64,000 nt of DNA from Squalus acanthias. Taxonomy: Eukaryota. The notes beneath the pieces are model-generated. The model was given only the letters and a program-made list of their open reading frames with translations. It was not told where the DNA came from and searched no databases. Made by a program: the position numbers and the translations under genes. The stretch's first letter is position 1. Every line of letters starts with the position of its first letter. Positions 39,304 to 51,860 of this stretch are shown one piece after another. The stretch lies in NCBI GenBank assembly GCA_030390025.1, contig CM059432.1, positions 65,474,001-65,538,000 of the forward strand, written 5' to 3'.

Positions 39304-40848
39304 ATGCAATTTGTATGCATGTGCTGTCTGTATTGCTTCTTGGAGTGCTCTGAATGCACATGTGTGATCTGTAGTGTGTTAGGTGGACACGTGCAAGTTG
39401 TATTTTTAACGCCAAAGCAGCTGTTGGAGTACTGCAACTCAGAAATTAGTGGAAAATTGAGTTGGATGCCTTATGGCTTGCACTCCTCCTCACACGATTT
39501 TGCTCTATTCACTGCACAAAGGCGATCCAATAGTCCAAGGTGCAGGAACAGGAATGTCTACCCCTATATATCTTAAACAATATTACTTGTAAGTAATTGG
39601 TAGGTTGATTGTTTAATTTTTGGAAATTTTAGGTGGAAATTTTAGGGAAAACCAGAATTTCAACCCTGCTTTTTCCAGACATTGACACACTCCAGTGCTT
39701 CCTTATGGTGTGCCACTATAGATTTCAACATCTGAACCACATAGCTTTTTAAATATGCGCATTAATGTGCTCACAACCTGCAACACCAAATGGCTGTAAA
39801 TTATAGAATATCCACTTTCAGATCAAAGGAATGTGTTATTATGAATCCTTGAGTTTTAAGTTAACAGACAATAAGGATGGAGAAACCAATCAATGAAAAG
39901 TAAAGAAGATCATGATTGGACTAAGAAAAGCTCAGCTTTTACTCAGTTCATACCTGGAATTCCTAGTATGATTATCTCATTGTTGTACATTATACACAAG
40001 TGGAATTACCTCTGTGCAGCAATTTCTTCCAGAAAATCTTATACTAGATGGAACTAGATAGCTATAAGCAACTGCTAAGAGAGAGGTTTAAACTAATCTT
40101 CAGTTGCTTTATTCACAAATTAGCCGCATCTTGTCTTGTCACTGAAGCTATTATGCAATAGGACTGACTGGAACACTTCAGTACAGCTGCACTGAAAAGG
40201 TAGAAAGTGAAATTCCAGGAATTTAAATTTAAGAGCCCACTGCGACCATCACATCATTAGCAAGACTCATGTTCTGTTCAATGGGAAAAATTATAAACTC
40301 AAATATCACATTTGTCGTCGTTTGTAGTAGCTGAAATTATTTACTGGTAAATCTGCAGCAACCAGCTGTAGGAATTAAAAGAGCTGTAGACACATTAAAG
40401 TCTGCCTTCCTGGGAAAAGCTGCTTGGGAAATTCTGGCATATTGGTGACCCGCTGACATCACCGTGCAACCAAAGGGCAACAAAATGACTGACTACTTTC
40501 ACTAAGCTATAGCTCCATTTACAAAGAGGAACATTGTGTTATCTGAAGTGAGACATTATCTATTAACCATTTAATGACTAATTTGAAAGAGAAAGAAATA
40601 GTTCTCAGAGATGTACATTTTTACATAGTAACATGTATCAAGTACATACTTAAATAGAAGAGTTAAAATGTATAAAAGGCCCCATTGAGTAAATATTTTC
40701 TTTTGATTCCATTTTTTTTTGTACATGACCTGAACAAGTATGATGTGAATCCGCACTGTGGGGTTCTTCACTCCTGAATGTATATTTCCCATCATTACAA
40801 TCTTTCCACTTTTCTACAGATTGCACACTCAGTGCTTCACTGGACAAT

Positions 40849-41488
40849 GGGCCAAAATTTCCTGTGGCAGATTTGCCCGTGCCCGTTTAATGGCAATGAT
40901 ATTTTGCGCTGCAAGTTGCTGGAAGTGTGAGATGGAAATGGTGCGGCGCCCTCTATAGGGCATCTAGGATCTGAGTGAACAGGCCAAGCAACTGTGTATC
41001 TCCCTAATCAATCAGATTGAAGCATTGTGAAATTAACAGCACAATGACTGAGAAGGAAGTGTAAGTTAGAATAGTGAATTCAATGTCAAATCAGGTACAG
41101 AAGGAGAAATAAAGAGTGGGAAAGAAAGATTGAATTAAAAGAAAAAGAGAGCCAGGAAGAAAATATAAATTTTGAGAGAGGTTGACTGGCAGTAATTAAC
41201 AATTAGTACGCCATTACGTAGACTTGAAATGACATGACTTAACTTTCTGTGGTGAGATTATTTGTGTCTACCGTCATAGTGCAGTAACTTCACGCCACTC
41301 AATGCAGTTGAATGGGGAGCCAGACAGCGAAATGCCGTTTGAGAAGGTAACGGCATCTCCAACAGCAACTTTTGGATTTCCGAGTTTCATCGCACATCTA
41401 CCCTCGCCTGAAGTTACTGTGGCATTTGCGCATAAATAATGGCGAGCACTATTAGCCTCACCATTATTTTGACAGCAAATTTTGGGTC
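40849..41488. mobile_element. Harbinger-type MITE (older)
   Basis: TIR GGGCCAAAATTTCCTGT / ACAGCAAATTTTGGGTC and TSD AAT on both sides. Confidence 0.8.
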
Positions 41489-42767
41489 AATGTATTTAAT
41501 GACTCGCACGAAACAGGTGCACTTACCAAACCTCAGCCATTTAACCCTGCTTCACCGCACAAAATCCACTCAATAGGAAATCACAGTTCCTTGAAGCATG
41601 ATCTCAAAGGTTAATCAAACCAGTTACTCGGTACTACTCCAGCACATCTGCAGTGTAACAAGGCAAGAACTTTTTTAAACAAGTAGTATTTTTCTCCCCA
41701 CTGACATTGTGGTTAGTTTGAACCACTCGCCCATGTTACTGAAAGAAAGAACAAAAGACTTGCATAGAGAGGGCTTTAAACTAAGTAGTGGGGGGGAGGG
41801 TTCAGGTGAGCGGGAATTTAAAAAGTCAATGAGAAATGAGAAAACAATAGAGCAGGATAGAGATGGGGGAAATAATAACCAGAGTGTGACAGGAAGGGAC
41901 AGAATGTTTAAAAATAAGAGTGCAACAGAAAATGGGGCCAAAACAAGGAGAAATGGTAAAAAGACAAAGTTAAAAGCTCTATAGCTGAATGCATGCAGCA
42001 TTCATAACAAGATAGATGAGTTGATGGCACAAATAGATATAAATGGGTATGATCTGATCGCCATTACAGAGATGTGGTTGCAAGGTGATTAAGGCTGGGA
42101 ACTGAATATTCCAGGGTATTTGACAAATCGGAAGGATAGACAGAAAGGAAAGGGAGGTGGGGTGGCTTTGTTAGTAAAGGATGGGATCAGTGCAGTGGTG
42201 AGAAGTGATATTGGCTCAGAAGATCAAGATGTAGAATCGGTTTGGGTGGAGATAAAAAATAATAAGGGGATAAAGTCTCTGGTGGGCATAGTCTACAGGC
42301 CCCCAAACAGTAGCAATACTGTTGGACAGAGTATAAATCAACAAATAATGGAGGCCTGTAAAAAAGGTACGGTAATAATCATGGGTGATTTTAATCTCCA
42401 TATTGATTGGACAAATCAAATTGGCCATGGTAGCCTTGAGCAGGATGTTCATAGAGTGTATCCGGGATGGTTTCCTAGAACAGTATGTAATGGAACCAAC
42501 CAGGGAGCAGGCTATCTTGGATCTGGTACTGTGTAATGAAACAGAATTAATAAATTATCTCATAGTAAAGGATCCTCCAGGTAAGAGTGATCATAACATG
42601 GTTGAATTTCAAATTCAGTTGGAGGGTGAGAAAGTTGTATCTCAAACCAGTGTCCTGATCTTAAACAAAGGCAATTACAATGGCATGAGGGCAGAACTGG
42701 CTAAAGTGGACTGGAAAAATAAATTAAAGGTAAAACAGTTGAAATGTACTGGTGGACATATAAGGTG

Positions 42768-45330
42768 TTAAGAACATAAGAACATAAGAAATAGGAGCAG
42801 GAGTAGGCCAATCGGCCCCTCGAGCCTGCTCCGCCATTCAATAAGATCATGGCTGATCTGATCCTAACCGCCAATCTACTATCTATCACAGAACCATCTC
42901 CTGCATCTAACAGAATTGCACACACGAAATAGGAGCAGAATCAGGCTACACGGTCCCTGGGCCCGCTCCACTACCCACAGGGCCATGACCGATCCGAACC
43001 TAGACTCATGTCCAAATTCCTGCCCGCTCCCCGTAACCCTTAATGCCCTTTACTTCTAGGAAACTGTCTATTTCTGTTTTAAATTTATTTAATGATGTAG
43101 CTTCTACAGCTTTTTGTGGCAGCATATTCCATGGACCTACCATCCTCTGAGTGAAGTAGTTCCTCCTCATTTCAGTTTTGAAAGAGCAGCCCCTTATTCT
43201 AAGACTATGTCCCTTAGTTCTAGTCTCACCCGTCATCGGGAACATCCTCCCCGCATCCACCCGATCCAACCCCTTCACAATCTTATATGTTTCAATAAGA
43301 TTGCCTCTCATTCTTCTGAACTCCAATGAGTAGAGTCCCAATCTACCCAATCTCTCCTCATATGACCACCCCCTCATCCCCGGGATTAACCGAGTGAACC
43401 TTTTTTGCACTGCCTCGAGAGCAAGGATGTCTTTCCTTAAGTAAGGACACCAAAACTGTATGCAGTATTCCAGGTGCGGTCTCACCAATACCTTGTACAA
43501 CTGAAGCAATACCTCCCTATTTTTATATTCTATCCCCCTAGCAATGAAAGCCAACATTCCATTTGCCTTCTTAATCACTTGCTGCACCTGCATACTCACC
43601 TTTTGAGTTTCGTGCACCAGGACCCCCAGATCCCTTTGCACTTCAGTACTCTCCAGTTTCTTGCCATTAAGATAATAAATTGCTCTAGGATTTTTCCTGC
43701 CAAAGTGCATCACCTCACACTTTCCAGTGTTGTATTCCATCTGCCAAATCTCTGCCCACTTACTTAGCCTGTCTATGTCCCCTTGCAGGTTTTTTATGTC
43801 CTCCTCACTCACTACTTTCCCTCCCATCTTTGTATCATCTGCAAATTTTGATATGTTACACTTGGTCCCTTCCTCCAAATCGTTAATATAGATTGTAAAG
43901 AGTTGGGGACCCAGCACTGACCCCTGTGGAACACCACTAGTTACTGATTGCCAGTCTGAGAATGAACCATTTATCCCAACTCTTTGCTTTCTGTTAGATA
44001 GCCAATCCTCTATCCATGCCAGAATATTACCCCCAATCCCGTGATTTTTTACCTTAAGCAATAATCTTTTGTGTGGCACCTTGTCAAATGCCTTTTGGAA
44101 GTCTAAATACACTACGTCCACTGGTTCCCCTTTATCCACTCTATATGTTACTTCCTCAAAGAACTCCAGCAAATTTGTCAAACATGACTTCCCCTTCGTA
44201 AAACCATGCTGACTTTGTCCTATTAAATTATGATTATCCAAATGTCCTGTTACTGTTTCCTTAATAATGGACTCCAAAATTTTACCTACCACAGATGTTA
44301 GGCTAACCGGTCTATAGTTACCAGCCTTCTGTCTACTGCCCTTTTTAAATAAGGGTGTTACATTAGCAGTTTTCCAGTCTGCCGGGACCTTAGCGGAATC
44401 CAGGGAGTTTTGAAAAATTATTACCAATGCATCTACAATCCCTACCGCCACTTCCTTCAAGACTCTAGGATGTAAGCCATCAGGTCCAGGTGATTTATCC
44501 GCCTTGAGTCCCATTATTTTACTGAGTACCACTTCCTTAGTGATTCTGATCGTGTTTAGCTCCTCTCCCCCTATAGCCCCCTGTTTGTCCAGTGTTGGGA
44601 TATTCTTAGTGTCCTCTACTGTAAAGACTGATACAAAATATTCATTCAGTGTTTTTGCCATCTCCATATTTCCCACCATTAATTTCCCGGTCTCATCTCT
44701 AAGGGACCAACATTTACTTTAGCCACCCTTTTTCTTTTTATATAACTATAAAAACTCTTACTATCTGTTTTTATATTTTTTGCTAATTTACTTTCATAAT
44801 CTATCTTCCCTTTCTTAATCAATCTTTTTGTTATTTTTTGCTGCTTTTTAAAGTTTTCCCAATCCTCTGTCCTCCCACTAGATTTCACTACCTTATATGC
44901 CCTTGTTTTTAGTCGAATACTATCCTTAATTTCTTTACTTAGCCACGGATGACTGTCCTTTCTTTTACACCCTTTTCTTTTCAGTGGAATATATTTTTTT
45001 TGGAAGTTGTAAAATAACTCCTTGAATGTACACCACTGATCATGTGTCGTCTTACCCTTTAATCTATTTTCCCAATCCACTCTACTCAATTCCGCTCGCA
45101 TACCTTCATAGTCTCCTTTATTCAAGCTTAGCACGCTTGTTTGAGATCCAACCTTCTCACCCTCTAATTGAATATGGAATTCAACCATGTTATGGTCACT
45201 CATTCCAAGGGGATCCTTTACTCGGACATGTTTAATTAATCCTGTCTCGTTACACAGGACCAGATCTAAGGTTGCTTGCCCCCTGGTCGGTTCAGTTACA
45301 TACTGCTCAAGAAACCCATCCCTAATAACT
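42768..45330 (-). mobile_element. Young 5'-truncated CR1 LINE inserted antisense into the previous element
   Basis: Uninterrupted 557-aa ORF 43006-44679, with an upstream ORF joined by one frameshift near 44690. (TTCTTATG)n tail at ~42768-42790. Confidence 0.95.
43006..44679 (-). CDS. CR1 ORF2 reverse transcriptase (partial, lacks most of the endonuclease)
   Basis: KSPGPDG, NYRPVSLTS, QHGF, YLDFQKAFD, VPQGSVLGP, FADD, DLGV. Confidence 0.9.
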   Translation of the reverse strand: MVGNMEMAKTLNEYFVSVFTVEDTKNIPTLDKQGAIGGEELNTIRITKEVVLSKIMGLKADKSPGPDGLHPRVLKEVAVGIVDALVIIFQNSLDSAKVPADWKTANVTPLFKKGSRQKAGNYRPVSLTSVVGKILESIIKETVTGHLDNHNLIGQSQHGFTKGKSCLTNLLEFFEEVTYRVDKGEPVDVVYLDFQKAFDKVPHKRLLLKVKNHGIGGNILAWIEDWLSNRKQRVGINGSFSDWQSVTSGVPQGSVLGPQLFTIYINDLEEGTKCNISKFADDTKMGGKVVSEEDIKNLQGDIDRLSKWAEIWQMEYNTGKCEVMHFGRKNPRAIYYLNGKKLESTEVQRDLGVLVHETQKVSMQVQQVIKKANGMLAFIARGIEYKNREVLLQLYKVLVRPHLEYCIQFWCPYLRKDILALEAVQKRFTRLIPGMRGWSYEERLGRLGLYSLEFRRMRGNLIETYKIVKGLDRVDAGRMFPMTGETRTKGHSLRIRGCSFKTEMRRNYFTQRMVGPWNMLPQKAVEATSLNKFKTEIDSFLEVKGIKGYGERAGIWT

Positions 45331-47424
45331 CTCAACAGAAATATATTCCAGTGAGAAAGAAAGATTTTAAGAGAAGGGAGCACTATCCGTGGCTAACTAA
45401 GGAAGTAAAGGATGGTATCAAATTGAAAATGAAGGCATACAATGTTGTGAAGAATAGTGAATGGCCAGAGGATTGGGAAACTTTTAAAAACCAGCAAAGA
45501 ACGACTAAAGAAATTATAAAGAGAGAGAAGATAGCTTATGAGAGTAAGCTAGCAAGAAATATAAAAACAGACAGTAAGAGCTTCTACAGGTATATAAAAA
45601 GGAAGAGAGTAGCTAAAGTAAACGTTGGTCTCCTAGAGGATGAGTCTGGGGAATTAATAATGTGGAACAGGGAAATGGTGGAGACTTTGAACAAATATTT
45701 TGTATCGGTCTTCACGGTAGAAGACACTAAAAGCATCCCAATAATGGATAATCAAGGGGCTATTGTGGTGGGGTGGGGGGGAGGAACTTAAAACAATCAC
45801 TATCACTAGAGAGAAAGTACTTGGTAAAATAATGGGACTAAAAGACGACAAGTCCCCTGGACCAGATGGCTTGCATCCCGGGGTCTTAAAAGAAGTGCTT
45901 GCCGAGATAGTGGATGCATTGGTTGCAATATACCAAAATTCCCTGTACTCTGGAGAGGTCCCAGCGGATTGGAAAACCGCAAATGTAACACCCCTATTTA
46001 AGAAAGGAGGGAGACAGAAAGCAGGAATCTATAGACCAGTTAGCCTAACATCTGTCGTTGGGAAAATGCTGGAGTCCTTCATTAAGGAAGCAGTAGCAGG
46101 GCATTTGGAAAATCATAATGCAGTCAAGCAGAGTCAGCATGGTTTTATGAAAGGGAAATCATGTTTAACAAATTTGCTGGAGTTCTTTGAGGATGTAACG
46201 AGCAGGGTAGATAAAGGTGAGCCAGTGGATGTGGTGTATTTGGATTTCCAGAAGGCATTCAATAAGGTGCCACATAAAAGATTATTGCATAAGATAAGAG
46301 CTCACGGAGTTGGGGTAATATATTAGCAAGGATAGAGAATTGGCTAACTAACAGTTAACAGAGAGTCGGGATAAATGGGTCATTTTCCGGTTGGCAAACG
46401 GTAATTAGTGGGGTGCCACAGGGATCGGTGCTGGGGCCTCAACTATTTACAATCTACATTATTGACTTGGATGAAGGGACCGAGTGTAATGTAGCCAAGT
46501 TTGCAGATGATACAAAGATGGGTGGGAAAGCAAGTTGTGCAGAGGTCTCAAAGAATCTGCAAAGGGATATAGACAGGCTAAGTGAGTGGGCAAACATTTG
46601 GCAGATGGAGTATAATGTGGGAAAGTGCGAGGTTATCCACTTTGGCAGGAAAAATAAAAAAGCAAATTATTATTTAAATGGAGAGAGATTACAAAATGCT
46701 ACAGTTCAGAGGGACCTGCGGGTCCTTGTGCATGAAACACAAAAAGTTTGCATGCAGTTACAGCAAGTAATCAAAAAGGCAAATGGAATGTTGGCCTTTA
46801 TTGCAAGGGGGTTGGAGTATAAAAGCAGGGAAGTCCTGCTACAACTGTACAGGGTATTGGTGAGACCACACCTTGAGTACTGCGTACAGTTTTGGTCTCC
46901 TTATTTAAGGAAGGATATACTTGCATTGGAGGCAGTTCAGAGACGATTCACTAGGTTAATTCCAGAGATGAGGGGGTTGACTTATGAAGAAAGGTTGAGC
47001 AGGCTGGGCCTATACTCATTGGAATTTAGAAGAATGAGAGGTGATCTTATTGAAACATATAAGATACTGAGGGGGCTCGACAAGGTAGATGCAGAGAGGA
47101 TGTTTCTCCTCGTGGGGAAATCTAGAACTCGGGGGCATAGTTTCAGAATAAAGGGTCGCCCTTTTAGAACTGAGATGAGGAGGAATTTCTTCTCTCAGAG
47201 AGTCATAAATCAGTGGAATTCTCTGCCCCAGAGAGCCGTGAAGGCTGGGTCATTAAATACATTTAAGGTGGAGATAGACAGATTTTTGAAAAACAGGGGA
47301 ATCAAGGGTTATGGGGAGCGGGCAGGGAAGTTGCTTTGAGCCCAAGATCAGCCGTGATCTTATTGAATGGCGGAGCAGGCTCGAGGGGCCAAGTGGCCTA
47401 TTCCTGCTCCTATTTCATATGTTC

Positions 47425-47520
47425 TTATATAGCATCTTTCACAACCACCGGACGTCCCAAAGTGCTTTACAGCCAATGAAGTACTTTTTGAAATGTAGTC
47501 AAGGTTGTAATGTAGGAAAT
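47425..47520 (-). mobile_element. 3' tail of a Deu-SINE (SacSINE1-like); its other part is at ~41740-41765
   Basis: AAAGACTTGCAT (41754-41765) joined to TTATATAGCATCTTTCAC..GGACGTCCCAAAGTGCTTTACAGCCAATGAAGTACTTTT reconstitutes the L2-type SINE end. Confidence 0.75.
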
Positions 47521-48489
47521 GGCATTGAATGGCAAACACATTTGACTGCTGCTGAAGATGGATCAGTGAACATCAATTAAGTTTCCAATGTAATTTTCAT
47601 TAGGGTGTATTAGATTTTAGCAACAGTTTATTTTTGTATTTTTATTACATGCCCATGATTATCACAGTAACTTTGTCATGGTGGCTGAGTGTCATATACC
47701 TGGTGATGGTGATCCTTCAACAATTTTGATGATTTTCTTTTCCTAGGCTCCACAACATGACTTCTTTGCCAGTTTCTTCCACAGTACAAATTTTTCAGCC
47801 TGTCAATATATTAAAAATCTAGGCCAGTCTCTTATGGCATTGCACACAGAGAGTTAAGACTAAGGGCAATTTTCAGATCAAGAAGGGTTTAAAGGGCAGG
47901 GAGATAAGTAAGACAAGCCAGGGGACAGGGGAGGAGGTGGATCAGAGGGACGGGCAAAGGGACTGAATGGGATTGGTGGTACTTAATTTTACCTCAGTGG
48001 GTGGAAGATGAAGACCACGATTTTGGTTAATGCAGGAGGGAGTTGGTGAAAGCTTGCTCATGGGGTGGGGGAGGGTTGCAGGGGTTGTTCGGCGTCCTGC
48101 AGCTCGCCTGGCAAATGCTCACATAAATAATGACCACTTGATGCAGAATTGGGAGATTGGCACAAGTACCCATTGAAAAGTACCCTAGTGAGTCAGCACA
48201 TCAGGACATTAGGTGAGGGGGATAAGTGGCATGGGTAGAGGGAAAACTGACACTAAATAATGGAATATCTATATTCTTTGAACACTACAAAATACTCAGC
48301 AGTCATGGTGAAAATTAGTTAAAGCAGCAATATTAGCAGGAGGTGGAAAATGTATATTAAAGTTGTAGTTATTTATTTTATTGTTTTGTTCTTTTATATT
48401 GTTTCCCTTCCTTCCTATAGGGAAACCTTAGCCTCTACTCACTGGTTTAGATTGGAGTAGAATAGGTGGAGCATCTTACCTGAGATGTA

Positions 48490-48916
48490 ATGTTGAGTCT
48501 ATACAAAACCTTCGCAACATCGCAGTTGAAGCACTGTGTGCAGTTTTGGGCTCTACACCAGAGGAAGGCATTAGAGAGGGTAGATTGCAGATTCACTAGG
48601 ATGCTGCCTGGTATGAGGAACTACAAATACGAAGTAAGATTTGAAAAATTTGGGCTGTTTCCGCTGTAACAGAGTGATTGCTGGGATAGAGGTGTTTAAA
48701 ATTATAAAGAGATGGACAGGGTACATAGAAACAGACTGTTTCCAGTTACTGAAGGGTCTAAAATGAGGGGACATTGATATACGATTAAATGTAAAAGAAT
48801 TACATCAGAGAGTAGAAACAACCTATTTACATAGAGGGATGTCAGGTTGTGGAATTCACTACTGGAGTTAGTGATTGAAACAGAGACTATGCCAACATAT
48901 AAGAATATGTTAGAAC
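48490..48916 (+). mobile_element. Old CR1 3' fragment (probable continuation at ~55535-55630)
   Basis: Degenerate CVQFW.L / RFTRMLPG / WNSL sequence; a tail-like remainder resumes after the nested block. Confidence 0.6.
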
Positions 48917-49106
48917 AGCAGTAAACGATTTTCAACAGAGTCCAGGAAAAATATATTCTGCTAAAGAACAAGAACAAGCTAAATACTAATGAGACTGCAT
49001 GGATAAATAAAGACATAAGGGAAAAACTGAGGATACGGAAAGAGATATACACTAAGTACATGGACAGCAGAGGAGAGCATGACAAGGGAGAATATGAAGA
49101 GATGAG

Positions 49107-49840
49107 GGGGGGGAAATTCGGTGGTGCCCCCTTTGGGGCGCTAATTTTAGCACCCCGAAAAGGTTAACGCCCCTGCGCCATAAGTTCAGTAGTAGCACCC
49201 CAAGCGGGAGGCGGGGCGCTACTGGAAGCGCTCCCCCTCCTTCTTGGGGCGCTACCAGTGAATTTCACAGTGCTACGTGCAACAGCACCACGCGCGTCAG
49301 CACGTAGCACCGCGTCATTGCAGGCCTCCCTCCCCTGATTAAAGGGGAGGGGCCTAGCGCTGCACGCATTGGGGCCCTGCTGGACCACCAGGGAGCGGGG
49401 TACCGGGAAAACAGCCTGGCACACAAGAGGAGTGCCAGGCTGAGTGATCGCGGCCGGCACCCCGAAGATAAAAGGGGAAGAGAACAGGTGCTGGCAGTCG
49501 GCCCAAAAAAGAATGGCCGCCTGACACCTGCCCTTTAAGTTGAGCCGCCGCGGCTGCAAAAATGCCACCCTGACCCTGTCGGACGTATCGTCCAACGATA
49601 GGGTCAGGTGGTGCAACCCAAGGTTGTGGCCAGGGTGCAAGTGGGGCGCTGCGCACGCCAATGATGTCAATACCGGCGGCGCAGCGCCGCAGGGTACTAC
49701 CGGCTACCGCCGCCGCTAACCTCCTGCTGAATTTCGCTGGAGGCATTAGCGGCGCCGCGCCTGGGCGCAAGGGGCTTTGCGCCCCTTAGCATCCCCCGGG
49801 GGCGCTAACGGAAGGCGCAAAACAACCCAATTTTTCCCCC
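49107..49840. mobile_element. Harbinger-type MITE (family B, opposite orientation to 19492 and 30410)
   Basis: Ends GGGGGGAAATTCGGTGGT / ACAACCCAATTTTTCCCCC; the CR1 reading frame continues across it. Confidence 0.85.
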
Positions 49841-51860
49841 TAGGAGGGAAGTCAAAAACAATTAGAAAGGCAAAGAGGAACTATGAAATTAAATTATCAA
49901 GGATCATAAAACAAAATAGTAAAATATTTTACAGGCACATAAATAAAAAAAGGAAAGTTGGGATGGGATCACAGGCAGTGATTAAATAATTACTTTGCTT
50001 CAGTATTTACCAGGGAGACAGAACAGGTGGACATGACATTGGATGATGAGATTAGAAATGAGATAACAGCATTTAAAATAAAAAGAGGAGAAATATTAAA
50101 TGAACTAATCAAACTCAAAGATTATAAAACCCCTGGTATGGATGGATTATATCCACGCATTTTAAAAGAATCTAGGGAAGAGATAGCAGAGGCATTACTA
50201 CACATATTTAATAATTCATTAGAAAAAGGTGTAGTGGCAGAGGACTGGTGGATAGCTAACATAATGCCTATATTTAAGAAAGGAGATGAAACTTGTCCAG
50301 GGAACTATAGACCAGTCAGCTTAACATCGGTGGAAGGGAAACAATGGAATCCCTACTAAAGGAGAAAATAGAAGAACAGCTAGAAACCAAAAATATAATA
50401 ATGAATAGTCAACATGGATTTCAAAAGGGAAAGTCTTACTTGACCAACCTAATTGAATTTTTTGAAAAGGTAACAGAGAGAGTAGACAAGGGTAATGTAG
50501 TAGATGTTATTTATCTAGATTTTTAAAAGGCTTTCAATAAGGTGCCACGTAATAGACTAATGAATAAGGTCAGAGAATGCAGAGTCAGGGGACAAGTAGC
50601 AGAATGGATAGCTAGCTGGCTTCAAGACAGAAAGCAGAGAGTAGTTATTCAGTGTGGCAGAAGGTGGGAAGTGCTGGGACCAATGTTGTTCACAATTTAT
50701 ATTTACAATTTAGAGTTTGGAATGAAAAACAACATTTCTAAATTTGCGGATGACACCAAATTGGGGGGGGGGGGGTAATCAACACTGAGGAGGACTGCAG
50801 CAAATTACAAGAAGACATTAATAAACTTGCAGAATGGGCATATAATTGGCAAATTAATTTCAACTCAGATAAATGTGAGGCATTACATTTTGGTAGGAAA
50901 AATAGGGAGGTCACATATTACTTGGAAAATACAAATCTAAATTGGGTAGAAGAGCAAAGGGATCTTCGAGTACCAATACACAAATCACTAAAAGTAGCAA
51001 TGCAGGTTAGTAAGGCTATAAAAAAGCAAACCAAGCACTAGGGGTTATTTCTAAAGGGATAGAATTGAAAAGTAGAGAAGTAATGCTCAACTTGTATTAA
51101 ACCTTGGTTAGACCACAGTTGGAGTACTGTGTGCAAATCTGGTCACCGTATTATAAAAAGGATATAGAGGCATTGGAGAGGGTGCAAAAAAGATTTACAA
51201 GGATGATACCAGAAATGCGAGGGTATACATATCAGGAAAGGATGAACAGGCTGGGTCTCTTCTCTCTTGAAAAGAGAAGGCTGAGGGGTGACCTAATAGA
51301 GATTTTTAAAATTGCGAAAGGTTTTTGATAGAGTACACACAGTGGGGGTGATTTTCTGACGTCCGAGGATGCGGGTCTGGAGGCAGGAAAGGTGGGAAAA
51401 TTGGAAAAAATGAGTGCGGGTTCGGAACCCGCCTCCGTGCGATTTTGCCGGTGCCAGTTTTGCAGGGCGGGAAACGGTCCCGCCTCCAGCTGGCCAGAGA
51501 GTTTGTTAAGAGGATTAAATGCTCGTTAAGGGACCTCTCTAAGCCTATTTTGAGAGGCCCTCGTGATTTTTCGACTATTTCGGAGTGTTCCACGACCCTC
51601 CTAAACCATGCTAGCTAAACCTGGCGGGTTGACAAGTGGTTGGTCTCCTAACAGCTGCAGGTCCAACATTAAATCGTTTATTTCATCAGGGATTAGTTGC
51701 AGGTGGCAGAACTTTGCTTTAAAAGGTCTTTGAGCACTTTTAGAAGGCCTTCCGAAGTCGGAGATGTGGCAGCTTGAATCTATCAACTGTGGGATCTCCT
51801 TGGAAGACACTCTCCCCGCTTGCAATGAGCGCTTCCCCAACGGAGGCATCTGCAAGCAGC

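Larger units (their letters stand above)
41766..47428 (+). mobile_element. CR1 LINE with full-length decayed ORF2 (APE endonuclease + RT), interrupted at 42768-45330
   Basis: Endonuclease motifs (YRPPNS, IMGDFN, LDLVL, SDHN) in 42120-42771. RT motifs (YLDFQKAF, QGSVLGP, FADD) in 45763-47339. Tail at 47340-47428. Confidence 0.93.

Noticed and set aside
49164..49770. Long GC-rich ORFs and CpG islands as host promoters (also 19591, 24200, 30634)
   Set aside because: They lie entirely inside TIR-bounded MITEs; ORF length reflects GC content.
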